A DNA stretch of 64,000 nucleotides from Propionibacteriaceae bacterium Y2011. Lineage in GTDB: Bacteria; Actinomycetota; Actinomycetes; Propionibacteriales; Propionibacteriaceae. The notes under the pieces were generated by a model. The model saw only the letters and a program-made list of their open reading frames with translations. It had not been told where the DNA came from and did no database searches. The stretch is taken from NCBI GenBank assembly GCA_050157065.1, contig CP189573.1. The stretch is one strand, 5' to 3'. Shown here in pieces: positions 27,531-38,626 of the stretch (position 1 is its first letter; each line of letters begins with the position of its first letter). The position numbers and the translations under genes are program-made.

Positions 27531-28534
27531 CGAGCCCCGACCGTGATCCGCTGGCCAGTGGCGTGGGCCTCGTCGGCCGCACGGGCGATGTCGACGACGT
27601 GGCGCCCGGACTCGCCGTCCGGCCCGGGCTGTCGTCCCTCGCGGACGCAGGAGACGAAGTCAGCGATCTCATCGGCCAGAGCGTTGCACGGCTCGGGCCG
27701 CACCTGCTCAACCTCACCGCCGCGACGCGCCCAGGCGAACCCTTCTGCCCCCGATGAGTCCGAGATCGTCACCGACCCCTCGCTGCCGGCGAAGCTCAAT
27801 CCGTACGACGGGCTCGGGGCGATCCTGGTGCAGCCCAGCGAGCCGACCGCACCCGCACCGAACGCCAGGGTCAGCAGCGCCGACTCCTCGACGTCCCCGG
27901 GCGCCGCACCCGGCCGGAGCACCGCGCCGACCTCGGTGACCGGACCGGCGTTCCACACCAGCTGATCCAGTTCGTGGCTGTACATCGAGAACATGCCGCC
28001 GTAGGTGTCACGGCTCATCTGCCACGAGCCGACCCCACCCGGAGGTCCGGATCCGAACCTGGTGGCGGAAGCGAGATGAATCTCGCCGATCGCTCCCGAG
28101 TCGATCAACGACTTCACCCCGCGGAACACAGCTTGGTAGCGGCGGACGTAGCCGATCATCAGCAGCGTGCCCGCGTCGGCGGCGGCAGTGATCATCGCGT
28201 CGCACTCAGCCACCGACAGCGCCATCGGCTTCTCACAGAAGGCGTGCACGCCCGCCTGTGCGGCTGCCACCACGACCGGGCTGTGGGTGTGGTTCGGGGT
28301 GGTCACCACCACCGCGTCGGGTCGGTCGTCGGCCAGCAGGGCCGCCACGTCGTCGTACATCCGCGGGACGGCAAGGCCGCGGTCCCGCAGCGATCGGGCG
28401 AGGGCATCCCGCGACTCGGCACTCGGGTCAACCATCGCTGACAGGTCCGCGCCGTCCAGTTCGGCCAGGTTGAGGGCGTGGCGTCTGCCGAGCCCACCGC
28501 ATCCCACGATCGCCGCCCGTACCTGCTCGGTCAT
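27527..28534 (-). CDS. Gfo/Idh/MocA-family oxidoreductase
   Basis: Rossmann AIVGCGGLGRRHA, EKPMA motif. 4-nt overlap with the sulfatase gene. Confidence 0.85.
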   Translation of the reverse strand: MTEQVRAAIVGCGGLGRRHALNLAELDGADLSAMVDPSAESRDALARSLRDRGLAVPRMYDDVAALLADDRPDAVVVTTPNHTHSPVVVAAAQAGVHAFCEKPMALSVAECDAMITAAADAGTLLMIGYVRRYQAVFRGVKSLIDSGAIGEIHLASATRFGSGPPGGVGSWQMSRDTYGGMFSMYSHELDQLVWNAGPVTEVGAVLRPGAAPGDVEESALLTLAFGAGAVGSLGCTRIAPSPSYGLSFAGSEGSVTISDSSGAEGFAWARRGGEVEQVRPEPCNALADEIADFVSCVREGRQPGPDGESGRHVVDIARAADEAHATGQRITVGAR

Positions 28535-29439
28535 CGAGGAGTTCCCTTCCGTCCAGTGGATCCGTCATGATCAACACTGAAGGCGGCGGCCTGCCGCAGC
28601 AGCTGCCGCAGGTGGCGTCTCGACTCGACCAGCAGCGCGCCGATCGCCTCGTAGGCGAGATCGGCGGTGCGCGTGGCGACCCGCTCGACCACGACCACAC
28701 CGTCGAAGCCGGTGGACCGAAGCCGGGCGAACAGCTGCGGGAAGTCGACATCGCCCTCACCGGGTCGGGGGAAGTCGGCATGTGCCCGACCACCACGGTG
28801 GTCCTTCGCGACCAGTGAGGCGACCATGCCGAGTACCGGTTCGATGTCGGTCACCGGGTCCAGCCCCTCGTAGAAGGAGACATTGCCGGGGTCGTAGGCA
28901 GCCCGCACCGCCGGATGGTCGATCTCGGCGATCACCCCGGCCAGCAGCGGGCCGGTGCCGGTGTTGCCCGAGTGCGGCTTCAGGGTGAGGGTGACACCCG
29001 CGGCGGCGGCATCATCGGCGAGCCCGGCCAGCTCGGCGACGTAGCGCTGGTATTCCGGACGCAGCTCCGCAGGGTCGATGGGCTCGTCGGGAAACCGCCG
29101 GTACGAGTTCACCCCAGGCATCTGGACGACTGCGGCGCCGAGATCGTGGGCCGCGTCGATCGTCCGGCGCAGGTGATCCACCCGGGACGCACCGCCCGCG
29201 GGGCCCAGCCCGACCACGGTCGCCTGCAGACCACGATCGGCAATGCGCCGCACCAGTCCCGGACTGCCGCCGGAGCCCCGGCCCAACGGGTCAACTCCCT
29301 GGTGCGGCCAGCCCACACCGATTGCGGTGAACCCCGCAGCAGCCACACCGTCGAGCGCCCGATCCAGGTCGAGGTGTGTGTACGGCAGCGTCAGCGCCAC
29401 CAGGGAGGCCATGGGATGAAAGTTAGCTGGCCATATCAT
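28531..29439 (-). CDS. sugar phosphate isomerase/epimerase (xylose-isomerase-like TIM barrel)
   Basis: 302 aa. Alternative start MASLVAL at 29412. 4-nt overlap with the downstream oxidoreductase gene. Confidence 0.65.
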   Translation of the reverse strand: MIWPANFHPMASLVALTLPYTHLDLDRALDGVAAAGFTAIGVGWPHQGVDPLGRGSGGSPGLVRRIADRGLQATVVGLGPAGGASRVDHLRRTIDAAHDLGAAVVQMPGVNSYRRFPDEPIDPAELRPEYQRYVAELAGLADDAAAAGVTLTLKPHSGNTGTGPLLAGVIAEIDHPAVRAAYDPGNVSFYEGLDPVTDIEPVLGMVASLVAKDHRGGRAHADFPRPGEGDVDFPQLFARLRSTGFDGVVVVERVATRTADLAYEAIGALLVESRRHLRQLLRQAAAFSVDHDGSTGRKGTPR

Positions 29440-29508
29440 GTTGAATATCTCAAAGCACCAAATATCTCAGGTTGCGAGATGGCATAGTGGCAGGGGCCCG
29501 CCCGTCCT

Positions 29509-30228
29509 GTGACGGGCCAACCGAGCAGTCAGGAGGTCGTGATGGTGGCGGGAGTGTCGGTGAGCAGCGCCGTGGATCAGATCCACCACGACTTGCGCGA
29601 TCGGATCGCCCGGGGCGAGCTGAGTGCGGGGTCGCGGCTGCGGGAGAGCCACCTTGCCGAGACGTACGGCTGCTCCACCACCCCGGTACGGGAGGCGTTG
29701 CGACGGCTCGACACCGATGGTCTGGTCCGGGTGCACCCGCGGCGCAGCGCCCAGGTGGTCACCCTCGACCTGATGGATGTCCAGCACCTGTACGAGATCA
29801 AGCTCGCTCTGGAGTGCTCGGCGATACGCGCCGCCGCGGCGATGCGTGCCACCGATGCCGAGCTGGCCTCGCTACGTTCGCTGATCGCCCAACAGGAATC
29901 CCTGGTCGCCACCGACCCCAAGGGATCCGGACTGCTCTCGCCGGCGATCCACGGCGGCTTCGCCCGGCTGGCCGGCAACCGGCTGCTCGCCGAGATCGTG
30001 GAACGCGCCACCCGGCTGATCGAGTGCGTCAAGTCCCAGCACGCGGCCGAGGTGCCCGGCGGTGGCGACCAGACCCACACCGATCACACCGGGCTGGTCG
30101 ACCTGGTCCTCAGCGGCGACCCCGACCGGGCCGAGTCGGCGATGCGACACCATCTGGAGTGGGCGCGCGATGCGGTTCTCGGCGCGCTGCTGGGCGCCGA
30201 CGACGATCACGAAGGGGGACCTGCATGA
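29509..30228 (+). CDS. GntR-family transcriptional regulator (FadR/FCD subfamily)
   Basis: wHTH (LRESHLAETYGCSTTPVREALRRL) plus a C-terminal FCD-like domain. Divergent from the isomerase operon. Confidence 0.85.
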   Translation: MTGQPSSQEVVMVAGVSVSSAVDQIHHDLRDRIARGELSAGSRLRESHLAETYGCSTTPVREALRRLDTDGLVRVHPRRSAQVVTLDLMDVQHLYEIKLALECSAIRAAAAMRATDAELASLRSLIAQQESLVATDPKGSGLLSPAIHGGFARLAGNRLLAEIVERATRLIECVKSQHAAEVPGGGDQTHTDHTGLVDLVLSGDPDRAESAMRHHLEWARDAVLGALLGADDDHEGGPA

Positions 30229-31238
30229 ACCGGCTCCGGATCGCCACCATCGGCTGCGGCAACTTCGGCGCCCAGCACCGCAAGGCACTCGCCACGATGT
30301 CCGACACCGTCGACCTGGTGGCGTGCGTCGACCGGCATGACGACCGGGCGGCTTCGGCCGCGGCCGAGGTCGGGGCCCGCTCCGCGACCCATCACCGTGA
30401 GGTCCTCGACAGTGTTGATGCCATCACCATCGCCACCCCGCACCCCAGCCATGCCGCGATCGCCCAGGACGCCTTCGCGGCCGGGGTTCACGTCTTCATG
30501 GAGAAACCACTGGCGATGTCGGAGTCGGAGGCCGATGCGGTGATCTCGGCCGCGCGGGCCGCGGACCGGGTCCTGATGGTGGGCTATCCGTTGCGTTACC
30601 ACCCGCTGCACCAGCGGATGCACGACGAGATCGTGAGCGGCCGGTGGGGAGAGCCGGTGCACGTGACGCTCAACACCGAGATGAACCTGCGCGTCCCCGA
30701 GGGGCATTGGCGCAGCCGGCCAGAGGGACGCGGCGGCGGATCCCTGTTCAGCCACGGCTGCCACTACATCGACCTGTTGTTGTGGCACCTCGGGTCGCCG
30801 GTTCGGGGCATCCATCTCGGGACCACCCTCGGCTCGGCTGGTCCCGTCGCCGGGGACACCACCGGACACGCGATCATCGAGTTCGCCAACGGGGCGATCG
30901 GCCACCACTTCGGCACCGAAGTCGCCCGGCGACCCGGCGGACAGGCATCGTATCGAGCCCACCTCACCGACGCCGTGTTGAACGGCGACCCTCGCACCGG
31001 TGAGCTCACGGTGTCGCGGGCGGACCGGGAGCCGGAGGTGCTGCTGCGGACCGAGGCCAACAGCAAGTTCCTGCCCGGGGAGTTCCGCCACTTCCTGGAC
31101 TGCATCCGAACCGGGGCCGAACCTGAGACCTCCGGAACCCGCAGCGCCCAGTCGTTGCGGGTGATCTGGCGGCTCTACCGGGCCGCCGAGGACGGCTCCG
31201 GGTGGGCCGACCTGCGGGGGCTCGGACTCGACGGCTGA
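30225..31238 (+). CDS. Gfo/Idh/MocA-family oxidoreductase
   Basis: Start ATG at 30225 overlapping the GntR stop (ATGA). IATIGCGNFGAQH Rossmann motif, EKPLA. Confidence 0.85.
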   Translation: MNRLRIATIGCGNFGAQHRKALATMSDTVDLVACVDRHDDRAASAAAEVGARSATHHREVLDSVDAITIATPHPSHAAIAQDAFAAGVHVFMEKPLAMSESEADAVISAARAADRVLMVGYPLRYHPLHQRMHDEIVSGRWGEPVHVTLNTEMNLRVPEGHWRSRPEGRGGGSLFSHGCHYIDLLLWHLGSPVRGIHLGTTLGSAGPVAGDTTGHAIIEFANGAIGHHFGTEVARRPGGQASYRAHLTDAVLNGDPRTGELTVSRADREPEVLLRTEANSKFLPGEFRHFLDCIRTGAEPETSGTRSAQSLRVIWRLYRAAEDGSGWADLRGLGLDG

Positions 31239-31261
31239 GCCGGCCACCGACAGGTCGCCCG

Positions 31262-31398
31262 GTGCCTCGTAAGGACGGTCGCCACAGCGACGTAGGTGGA
31301 GCTCACGTCCAGCAACGTCACCACAGCGCCCGCCCATACGAGACCCGGCGTTCCCGCGGGAACGTTCCGGCCCAGCCGCACCGGATCAGTTGTTGTCG
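31262..31398. repeat. about 137-nt duplicated structured intergenic element, family 2 copy 2
   Basis: Near-identical to 22045-22182. Covers the last four codons and the stop of the SPFH gene. Confidence 0.8.
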
Positions 31399-32615
31399 CG
31401 CTCCCGCGGCATCGAGGTGTTGATCACCGGGGTCACCCGGCTCTCGCTGGTCAGCACCACCAGCAGGTTGGACACCATCTCCGCCTTGTGTGCATCGTCC
31501 ATCGGAACCGTGGTCTCGAGCTGGCGCAGCGCACCGTTGACCATGCCGACGGCACCGTCGAGGATCTTCTCGCGAGCCGCGATGATCGCGCTCGCCTGCT
31601 GCCGCTGCAGCATGGCCTGGGCGATCTCCGGCGCGTACGCCAAGGTCGAGATGCGGGTCTCGATCACCGTCACCCCGGCCAGGTGGACGCGGGCGTTGAC
31701 CTCCTCGGCGATCCGGGCGGCGACCACGTCGGTAGCCTCACGCAGCGTCGGCTCCCCCTCTGCGGCGTTGTCGTACGGGTACTGCGAGGCGACGTGCCGC
31801 AGGGCAGCCTCGGCCTGGATGGTGACGAACCGGTGGTACTCCTCGACCGCGAACGAGGCCTTCGCGGTGTCGGCGACCTGCCACACCACGATCGCGGCGA
31901 TGTTGACCGGGTTGCCGTCGGCGTCGTTCACCTTCAGCTCGTTGGTCTCGAAGTTCTCCACCTTGGTGGACATGCTCTTCTTCGACGTCCACGGGACGGT
32001 GAGCACCAGGCCCTGCCGACGGACCGTGCCGACGTAGCGACCGAAGAACTGCAACACCTTCGCCTGCCCCGGTTGGATCACCGTGACGCTGCTGCCCAGC
32101 AGCAGGGCCACCAGGATGATCACGATCGACGGAGCGGGGAAGCCGTCGTTGACCACGGTGAAGATGCCCCAGCCGATGCCGACGACCCACAGCAGGGCGA
32201 TGAACACCCAGGCCAGGAAGCCGTTCATCGCGAACGCCGCCTTCTCCTTGACGTCGATCCGCGGGGTCACTCCGCCGGCCGCGTTGACCGTGGTTCCCTC
32301 GGGCGGGTCGATCCGCTCAGCGACCTCGGCCGGCTGGTCCGGGTCCGCCGCGTACGGGTTGGTGGCCGGGTTGGGCGGCGGCGCCAGATGGGTCTGGTCC
32401 CCGAACTGCTGCGGCCCACCTGGCTGCGGCTGTGCCTGCGACTGCGGCTGCGGCTGCGGCTGCCCACCGTACGGACCACCCGACTGCTGCGGTTCCCCGT
32501 ACGGGCCGGACTGCTGCGGGTTGCCGTAGGGGCCGGGCTGCTGCGGCTGGCCCGACGGCGGTTGGTCACCGTACGGACCGGGCGGCTGGGAGGGTGGCGG
32601 ATACTGGTCGCTCAT
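31386..32615 (-). CDS. SPFH/band-7 (stomatin/prohibitin-like) membrane protein with P/Q/G/Y-rich N-terminal tail
   Basis: Start MSDQYPPP with an AGGAGA RBS. N-terminal PYG/PQQ low complexity, TM region, SPFH core. Confidence 0.78.
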   Translation of the reverse strand: MSDQYPPPSQPPGPYGDQPPSGQPQQPGPYGNPQQSGPYGEPQQSGGPYGGQPQPQPQSQAQPQPGGPQQFGDQTHLAPPPNPATNPYAADPDQPAEVAERIDPPEGTTVNAAGGVTPRIDVKEKAAFAMNGFLAWVFIALLWVVGIGWGIFTVVNDGFPAPSIVIILVALLLGSSVTVIQPGQAKVLQFFGRYVGTVRRQGLVLTVPWTSKKSMSTKVENFETNELKVNDADGNPVNIAAIVVWQVADTAKASFAVEEYHRFVTIQAEAALRHVASQYPYDNAAEGEPTLREATDVVAARIAEEVNARVHLAGVTVIETRISTLAYAPEIAQAMLQRQQASAIIAAREKILDGAVGMVNGALRQLETTVPMDDAHKAEMVSNLLVVLTSESRVTPVINTSMPRERDNN

Positions 32616-32675
32616 CGTGATCTCCTTGTCTCCGGTGCAACGCACCGGGCGTTGTCGGGTCCGGGCGAACGGCGG

Positions 32676-33521
32676 TCAGTCGGCCAGCGGGCCGTACGGC
32701 ACCCCCAGCCGGTCGAGCTCGGCCTCGCCGCCGTCAGCGGCGGTGAGCACCCACGTGCCGTGGGCGGTGACCGTCATGGTGTGTTCCCAGTGGCAGGCGA
32801 CCGAGCCATCGCGCGTGACGACGGTCCACTCGTCGTCCAGGGTCACGTTGTCGGGACGCCCCAGGGTCAGCATGGGTTCCACGGCCAGGCAGAGGCCCTC
32901 GGTGATCCGCGGGCCCCGGCCGGCGCGACCGTGGTTGGGCACGTCCGGCGGCTGGTGCATCGCCGAGCCGATGCCGTGTCCGGTGAAGTCGGTGACGATG
33001 CCGTACGGGGTGCCTGCCTGGCCTCGGACGTGGCTCTCGACGGCGGCGGAGATGTCGCTGACGTGGCCACCGAGCCGGGCGGCGCCGATGCCGGCCCACA
33101 GGCTGCCCCGGGTCGCCTCAGTCAGCTCTCGGACGGCGGCGGCAGGTTCGCCGACCAGGATCGAGATCGCGGCATCGCCGTGCCACCCGTCCACGATCGC
33201 GCCGCAGTCGACCGAGACCAGGTCACCGTCGGCGAGCGCGCGGTCCGAGGGGATGCCGTGGACGATCTCCTCGTTCACCGAGATGCAGGTGACGGCCGGG
33301 AAGCCGGGCTGGCCGGGCACCTGGCCGTAGTTCAGGAACGACGGGGTCGCCCCGGCCGACTTGATGACCTCGTAGGCGACGGCGTCCAGCTCGGTGGTGG
33401 TGATCCCGATCCGGGCCTCGGCGGCCACCGCGTTCAGGGCGCGGTTGACCACCAGCCCGGCGCGGCGCATCACCCGCAGTTGGGCGGGTGTCTTCAGTTC
33501 GAGGCGCCGCGGTCGGAACAC
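32676..33521 (-). CDS. map: type I methionine aminopeptidase
   Basis: Conserved metal ligands and blocks (VDCGAIVDGWHGD, GHGIG). Confidence 0.9.
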   Translation of the reverse strand: MFRPRRLELKTPAQLRVMRRAGLVVNRALNAVAAEARIGITTTELDAVAYEVIKSAGATPSFLNYGQVPGQPGFPAVTCISVNEEIVHGIPSDRALADGDLVSVDCGAIVDGWHGDAAISILVGEPAAAVRELTEATRGSLWAGIGAARLGGHVSDISAAVESHVRGQAGTPYGIVTDFTGHGIGSAMHQPPDVPNHGRAGRGPRITEGLCLAVEPMLTLGRPDNVTLDDEWTVVTRDGSVACHWEHTMTVTAHGTWVLTAADGGEAELDRLGVPYGPLAD

Positions 33522-33525
33522 GATG

Positions 33526-34113
33526 TCAGTGCACCCGTTCGGGGCCGTTGTCCGCCAGCGAGGTCAGCGCCTCGAAGATGCGGGTCGAGACGGCGTCGAT
33601 CTCGCCGAGGCCGTCGACCTCGATCAACAGGCCTCGCTCGCGGTAGACGTCCAGCAGCGGCTGGGTCTGGTCGGCGTACACCTGCTGGCGGACCCGGATG
33701 GCGTCCTCGGTGTCGTCGCTGCGGCCCTCCTGCTCGGCGCGCAGCCGCAGCCGCCGGACCACCTCGTCGGTGTCGGCCTGCAGCGCGATGACGCCGTCGA
33801 GGCTGTGCTCACCCAGCATCTCGTCCAGGGCGGCGACCTGTGCCGTGGTGCGCGGGTAGCCGTCGAGCAGGAAGCCCTGCTGGGCGTCCGCCTCGGCGAG
33901 GCGGTCCGCCACGATGCCGTTGGTGATGTCGTCGCCGACGTAGCCACCCTCGTCCATGATCCGCTTCGCCTCGAGACCGAGCGGCGTCCCCTGGGCCACG
34001 TTGGCCCGGAACATGTCGCCGGTCGAGATCGCGGGGATCTCGTAGTTGGCCGAGATGGCCTTGGCCTGGGTGCCCTTGCCGGCCCCCGGTGGGCCCATGA
34101 TCAACAATCGCAT
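33526..34113 (-). CDS. adk: adenylate kinase
   Basis: [18 protein letters not shown]-loop. Short form without a zinc lid. Confidence 0.93.
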   Translation of the reverse strand: MRLLIMGPPGAGKGTQAKAISANYEIPAISTGDMFRANVAQGTPLGLEAKRIMDEGGYVGDDITNGIVADRLAEADAQQGFLLDGYPRTTAQVAALDEMLGEHSLDGVIALQADTDEVVRRLRLRAEQEGRSDDTEDAIRVRQQVYADQTQPLLDVYRERGLLIEVDGLGEIDAVSTRIFEALTSLADNGPERVH

Positions 34114-34129
34114 GTGAGTGCCTGTCCTC

Positions 34130-35452
34130 CTACCGCAGGAAACCTTCGTAGTTGCGCTGCTGCAACTGACTTTCGATCTGTTTCACCGTGTCCAGCCCGA
34201 CGCCCACGATGATGAGCAGCGAGGCACCGCCGAACGGGAAGTTCTGGTTGGCGTCGAAGAGTACGAAGGCCACCGACGGGATCAACGCCAGCAGGCCGAG
34301 GTACAGCGAGCCCGGCAGGGTCAGCCGGGACAGCACCTTGGCCAGGTACGTCTCGGTCGGCTTGCCGGCTCGGACGCCGGGGATGAAGCCGCCGTACTTC
34401 TTCATGTTGTCGGCGACCTCGGCCGGGTCGAACGTGATCGCCACGTAGAAGTAGCAGAAGAAGATGATCAGCACGAACAGCGTGATCATGTAGACCGGGT
34501 GCCCGCCGGTCACGAAGTTGGCCTGGATCCAGGCGGAGAACTCCGAGTCCGGTTGGAACTGGGCGTACAGCACGGGTAGGTACATCAAACTGGACGCGAA
34601 GATGATCGGGATCACACCGGACTGGTTGATCTTCATCGGGATGTAGGTGGTGGAACCGCCCATCACCCGCGACCCGACCATCCGCTTGGCGTACTGCACC
34701 GGGATCCGACGCTGCGCCTGCTCGACGAAGATGACGGCCAGCATGACCAGCAGGCCGACCGCGATCACACTGAAGAAGACGATCCAGCCGCGCGCGCCGA
34801 CGTCCCGGTTCTTGATGGCCCACAGCGAGGACGGGAAGGTGGCGGCGATCTGGGTGAAGATCAGCAGCGACATGCCGTTGCCGACGCCACGCTCGGTGAT
34901 CAGCTCGCCGAGCCACATCACCAGGACGGTGCCGGCGGTCATCGTCAGCACCATCACCACGACCGGGAAGATGCTGTCGTCGTACAGGATGTTGGGACAG
35001 TTGAGCAGTTGGCCGCTGCGCGCCATCGTGACGAACGCGGTCGCCTGCAGCAGCGCGAGGGCCAGGGTCAGGTAACGCGTGTACTGGGTGATCTTCTGGG
35101 TACCCGCGCCGCCCTCCTTCTTGAGGGCCTCGAGCCGCGGGATGACCACGGTCAGCAGCTGCAGGATGATGCTCGCGGTGATGTAGGGCATGATGCCGAG
35201 CGCGAAGACGGCGAGCTGCAGCAGTGCGCCACCGGAGAACAGGTTGATCAGCGAGTAGATCCCGGCGCCGGCCGTCTCGCCGGCCGGGTCCAGCACCGTG
35301 GTGCGGCACATCTCGAGCTGGCGGACGTTGACGTTGGGGGTCGGCAGCACGGAGCCGAAGCGGAAGATCACCAAGATGCCCAGGGTGAAGAAGATCTTCT
35401 TGCGCAGGTCCGGCGTCCGGAACGCATTGGCGAAGGCGCCAAGCAACTGCAT
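34130..35452 (-). CDS. secY: preprotein translocase subunit SecY
   Basis: 440 aa, 10 TM segments, conserved SecY blocks. Confidence 0.93.
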   Translation of the reverse strand: MQLLGAFANAFRTPDLRKKIFFTLGILVIFRFGSVLPTPNVNVRQLEMCRTTVLDPAGETAGAGIYSLINLFSGGALLQLAVFALGIMPYITASIILQLLTVVIPRLEALKKEGGAGTQKITQYTRYLTLALALLQATAFVTMARSGQLLNCPNILYDDSIFPVVVMVLTMTAGTVLVMWLGELITERGVGNGMSLLIFTQIAATFPSSLWAIKNRDVGARGWIVFFSVIAVGLLVMLAVIFVEQAQRRIPVQYAKRMVGSRVMGGSTTYIPMKINQSGVIPIIFASSLMYLPVLYAQFQPDSEFSAWIQANFVTGGHPVYMITLFVLIIFFCYFYVAITFDPAEVADNMKKYGGFIPGVRAGKPTETYLAKVLSRLTLPGSLYLGLLALIPSVAFVLFDANQNFPFGGASLLIIVGVGLDTVKQIESQLQQRNYEGFLR

Positions 35453-35634
35453 GCCCTCTCGTTCGGGCCCCGTCTGGTGCGGGACTGGCTGCTGGTGACG
35501 GTGTGCACCGCTTCCGGGCGCACACCAGACCTGTCCCCGGCCGGGAACCGTCGCAGCCTATCAACTCACACCCAAGACCCCACATCCGTGGACGGCTCGG
35601 ACACCCCGGCCGGCCGGTACCGGCAGCCGGCAGC

Positions 35635-36885
35635 TCAGCCGGCGGTGGCCGCGACCCCTCCGCGGGGCCCGGCTGCAACGGCCGACCGCAGCGCCCGCCG
35701 TACCCCCAGAGCGGCCCGCCGCCCGGCCCGGTTGCCGCCGATCGTGCTGGCCGACGGCCCGTACCCGACGAGTTGTACCCGCGGGTCGGCGACCACGGTC
35801 GTCTCGTCGTCGGCGAGCCGGATCCCGCCGTACGCACTGCGCAGCCCGAGCGGCGCCAGGTGCTCGATGGCCGGCCGGAACCCGGTGGCCCACAGGATCA
35901 CGTCCACCGGCTCGTACGCGCCCCCGCCGTCCCCCGAACCCACCACGCCCCCCGGGCCCGTCGAGGGGTCCCAGCGGACCCCGTACGGCTCGATCCGGTC
36001 GAACATCGGGCGGCGGGCGTCGTAGATGCCCAGGTCGGCGGCCGCCTGCTCCTGTTCGCGCAACATCAGGCCGGTCACGCTGACCACCGACCGAGGCGGC
36101 AGGCCCTGCCGTACCCGTTCCGACACCTTCGCCACCACTTCCGAGCCGACCTCCGGGGTGAACTCGCCGGTCCGCCAGACCGGTGGCCGACGCGTCGCCC
36201 AGAGCACGTTGTCGGGGCCGAGCAGTGGGCCGAGCTGACCGAGGAACTGGACAGCCGACGCTCCGCCACCGACCACCAGGGTGCGGCGACCGACGAACCA
36301 GTCCGCACCGGGGTAGTCGGCGGTGTGGAGTTGCCGGCCGGCAAAGGTCGCGATCCCCGGGTAGTACGGAATGAACGGGCGGGTCCAGGTGCCGGTCGCG
36401 TTGACCAGCGTCCGCGTCACCACGGTGCTCTCCCCCGCCGGTGTCACCACCCGCAGCGCGAATCCGGCGGGGACCCGGTCGACCCGGGCCACCTGCGCCG
36501 GCCGTACCACCGGCAGGTCGAAGTGTTCCTCGTACGCCGCGAAGTAGGCGGGGACGGCCGTATTCGCCCTCGCCCCGGGCGCCGCCGGCGGCCGAGGGGC
36601 GCCCGGCAGGTCGGCCACGCCGTGCACATCGCCCATCGTGAGTTCGTCCCACCGGTGCTGCCAGGCCCCACCGGGGCGCCGGTCGGCATCCAGGACGACA
36701 TGGTCGATCCCGAGCCGCTGCAGGTGATGCGACGCCGACAGACCGGCCTGCCCGGCGCCGATGACGATCGAGTCGTACGGCCCGGCGCCGAGGGCGGGCT
36801 CGTGGACAGGACTGTCGGGGGTCGAGTCGAGGCGGGTCACACCAGGGACAACACCGCGGGGTCCGCGGAAAGTCCGGAACAGCAC
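35635..36885 (-). CDS. FAD/NAD(P)-binding oxidoreductase (CzcO/flavin-monooxygenase-like)
   Basis: Rossmann GAGQAGLSASHHL and a second dinucleotide site VVGGGASAVQ. Inserted between rplO and secY. True start may be internal. Confidence 0.6.
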   Translation of the reverse strand: MLFRTFRGPRGVVPGVTRLDSTPDSPVHEPALGAGPYDSIVIGAGQAGLSASHHLQRLGIDHVVLDADRRPGGAWQHRWDELTMGDVHGVADLPGAPRPPAAPGARANTAVPAYFAAYEEHFDLPVVRPAQVARVDRVPAGFALRVVTPAGESTVVTRTLVNATGTWTRPFIPYYPGIATFAGRQLHTADYPGADWFVGRRTLVVGGGASAVQFLGQLGPLLGPDNVLWATRRPPVWRTGEFTPEVGSEVVAKVSERVRQGLPPRSVVSVTGLMLREQEQAAADLGIYDARRPMFDRIEPYGVRWDPSTGPGGVVGSGDGGGAYEPVDVILWATGFRPAIEHLAPLGLRSAYGGIRLADDETTVVADPRVQLVGYGPSASTIGGNRAGRRAALGVRRALRSAVAAGPRGGVAATAG

Positions 36886-36936
36886 GAAGCGCGGCCCCAG
36901 GGGGACCGCCCTCGTACGTGCTGGGTAGATCGTGGG

Positions 36937-37395
36937 TCAGAGCTCGGTGGTCGAGCCGCCCGCCTTCTCGATCTTGTCCTTGGCGCTGGCCGAGAACTTG
37001 TTCGCCGTGACCTGCACCGCGACCGAGATCTCGCCGGTGCCGAGCACCTTGACCAGCTGCCCCTCGCGGACCGCACCGGCGGCGACGAGCTCGTCGACAC
37101 CGATCTGGCCGCCCTCGGGGAACAGCGACTCGATCCGGTCCAGGTTCACGACCTGGTACTCGGTGCGGAACGGGTTCTTGAACCCACGCAGCTTCGGCAC
37201 GCGCCGCACCAGCGGCATCTGGCCACCCTCGAACCCGGCGGGCACGTTCTTGCGTGCGCCGGTGCCCTTGGTACCGCGGCCGGCCGTCTTGCCCTTGGAG
37301 CCCTCACCGCGACCCACGCGGGTCTTCGGGGTCTTGGCACCGGGGGCCGGACGCAGGTCGTGGACCTTGAGGGTCTCGTTGTTGACGTCAGCCAT
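36937..37395 (-). CDS. rplO: 50S ribosomal protein uL15
   Basis: 152 aa, conserved. Confidence 0.93.
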   Translation of the reverse strand: MADVNNETLKVHDLRPAPGAKTPKTRVGRGEGSKGKTAGRGTKGTGARKNVPAGFEGGQMPLVRRVPKLRGFKNPFRTEYQVVNLDRIESLFPEGGQIGVDELVAAGAVREGQLVKVLGTGEISVAVQVTANKFSASAKDKIEKAGGSTTEL

Positions 37396-37396
37396 G

Positions 37397-37579
37397 TCAG
37401 TCCACCTCCTCCACGGTGACCAGGTGGGCCACCGACTTGATCATGCCGCGGATCTCGGGACGATCCTCGTGTGCGGCGACGTCACCGATGCGCTTCAGAC
37501 CCAGGGTCCGCAGCGTCTGCCGGTGATTGGGCTTGCAGCCGATCCCGGAACGGATCTGGCTGACCTTGACGCGGGGCAT
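37397..37579 (-). CDS. rpmD: 50S ribosomal protein uL30
   Basis: 60 aa, [14 protein letters not shown].... Start overlaps the rpsE stop by 1 nt. Confidence 0.88.
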   Translation of the reverse strand: MPRVKVSQIRSGIGCKPNHRQTLRTLGLKRIGDVAAHEDRPEIRGMIKSVAHLVTVEEVD

Positions 37580-38181
37580 CAGCCGGCCACCTCTTCCTTG
37601 GCCGCACGCAGCAGAGCTGCGGGGGCGACGTCCTCGACGCGCATCCCGCGCCGCTTGGCGACGTCCTCGGGCTGCTCGAGCATCTGCAGGGCCGTCACCG
37701 TGGCGTGCACCACGTTGATCGCGTTCGGCGAGCCGAGCGACTTGGCGAGCACGTCGTGCACGCCGGCGCACTCGAGCACCGCGCGGGCCGAACCGCCCGC
37801 GATCACACCGGTACCGGCCGAGGCCGGACGCAGCATGACCACACCGGCAGCCTTCTCACCCTGCACCGGGTGCGGGATGGTGCCCTGGATCCGGGGGACA
37901 CGGAAGAAGTTCTTCTTGGCCTCCTCGACGCCCTTGGCGATCGCCGCGGGCACCTCCTTGGCCTTCCCGTAGCCGACGCCCACGGTGCCGTCGCCGTCGC
38001 CCACCACGACCAACGCGGTGAAGCTGAACCGACGTCCACCCTTCACGACCTTGGCGACCCGGTTGATCGACACGACCCGCTCCAGGAACTGGCTCTTCTC
38101 CTCGCGCTGGCCACGACGGTCGTCCCGGCCGCGACGCTCCCCGCCTGCACGGCCCGTGCCGCGCTGCTGGGTTCCACTCAT
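37579..38181 (-). CDS. rpsE: 30S ribosomal protein uS5
   Basis: Start MSGTQQRG (ATG at 38179-38181). Confidence 0.88.
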   Translation of the reverse strand: MSGTQQRGTGRAGGERRGRDDRRGQREEKSQFLERVVSINRVAKVVKGGRRFSFTALVVVGDGDGTVGVGYGKAKEVPAAIAKGVEEAKKNFFRVPRIQGTIPHPVQGEKAAGVVMLRPASAGTGVIAGGSARAVLECAGVHDVLAKSLGSPNAINVVHATVTALQMLEQPEDVAKRRGMRVEDVAPAALLRAAKEEVAG

Positions 38182-38236
38182 CGCTTGCAAACCTTTCCGT
38201 CCGTTCCTCTGCTGTGCTGAGGACTCATCGCCATTG

Positions 38237-38626
38237 TCAGAATCCAAGCCCCGCGGAGCGGGCACCGTCGGCCAGGGCCGCGATCCGTCCGTGGTACTTG
38301 TTGCCGGCGCGGTCGAAGACCACGTTCTCCACTCCAGCCGCCTTGGCCCGCTCGGCCAGCTTGGTGCCGACCTCCTTGGCCTTGGCAGTCTTGTCGCCGT
38401 CGGCGGCGCGCAGGTCGGACTCCATGGTGGAGGCCGAGGCCAGCGTGCGCCCCTCGGTGTCGTCGATCACCTGCGCCAGGATGTGGCGCGAGGAACGGGT
38501 GACCACCAGGCGTGGCCTGTCGGTCGACCCGAAGATCTTCTTGCGTCCGCGCTGCTGACGACGTGCCCGCGAAGCGGTCTTGGTCGCCAGGCCCTTGCGG
38601 GCAGACAGAGAGATGGCCATGGTCAC
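38237..38626 (-). CDS. rplR: 50S ribosomal protein uL18
   Basis: 129 aa, conserved. Confidence 0.9.
   Translation of the reverse strand: MTMAISLSARKGLATKTASRARRQQRGRKKIFGSTDRPRLVVTRSSRHILAQVIDDTEGRTLASASTMESDLRAADGDKTAKAKEVGTKLAERAKAAGVENVVFDRAGNKYHGRIAALADGARSAGLGF

Noticed and set aside
35452-35635. Possible small gene or sppA-like insert between the flavoprotein gene and secY
   Set aside because: Only a 183-nt gap with no ORF above 40 codons in a plausible frame. Treated as an intergenic or internal-promoter region.
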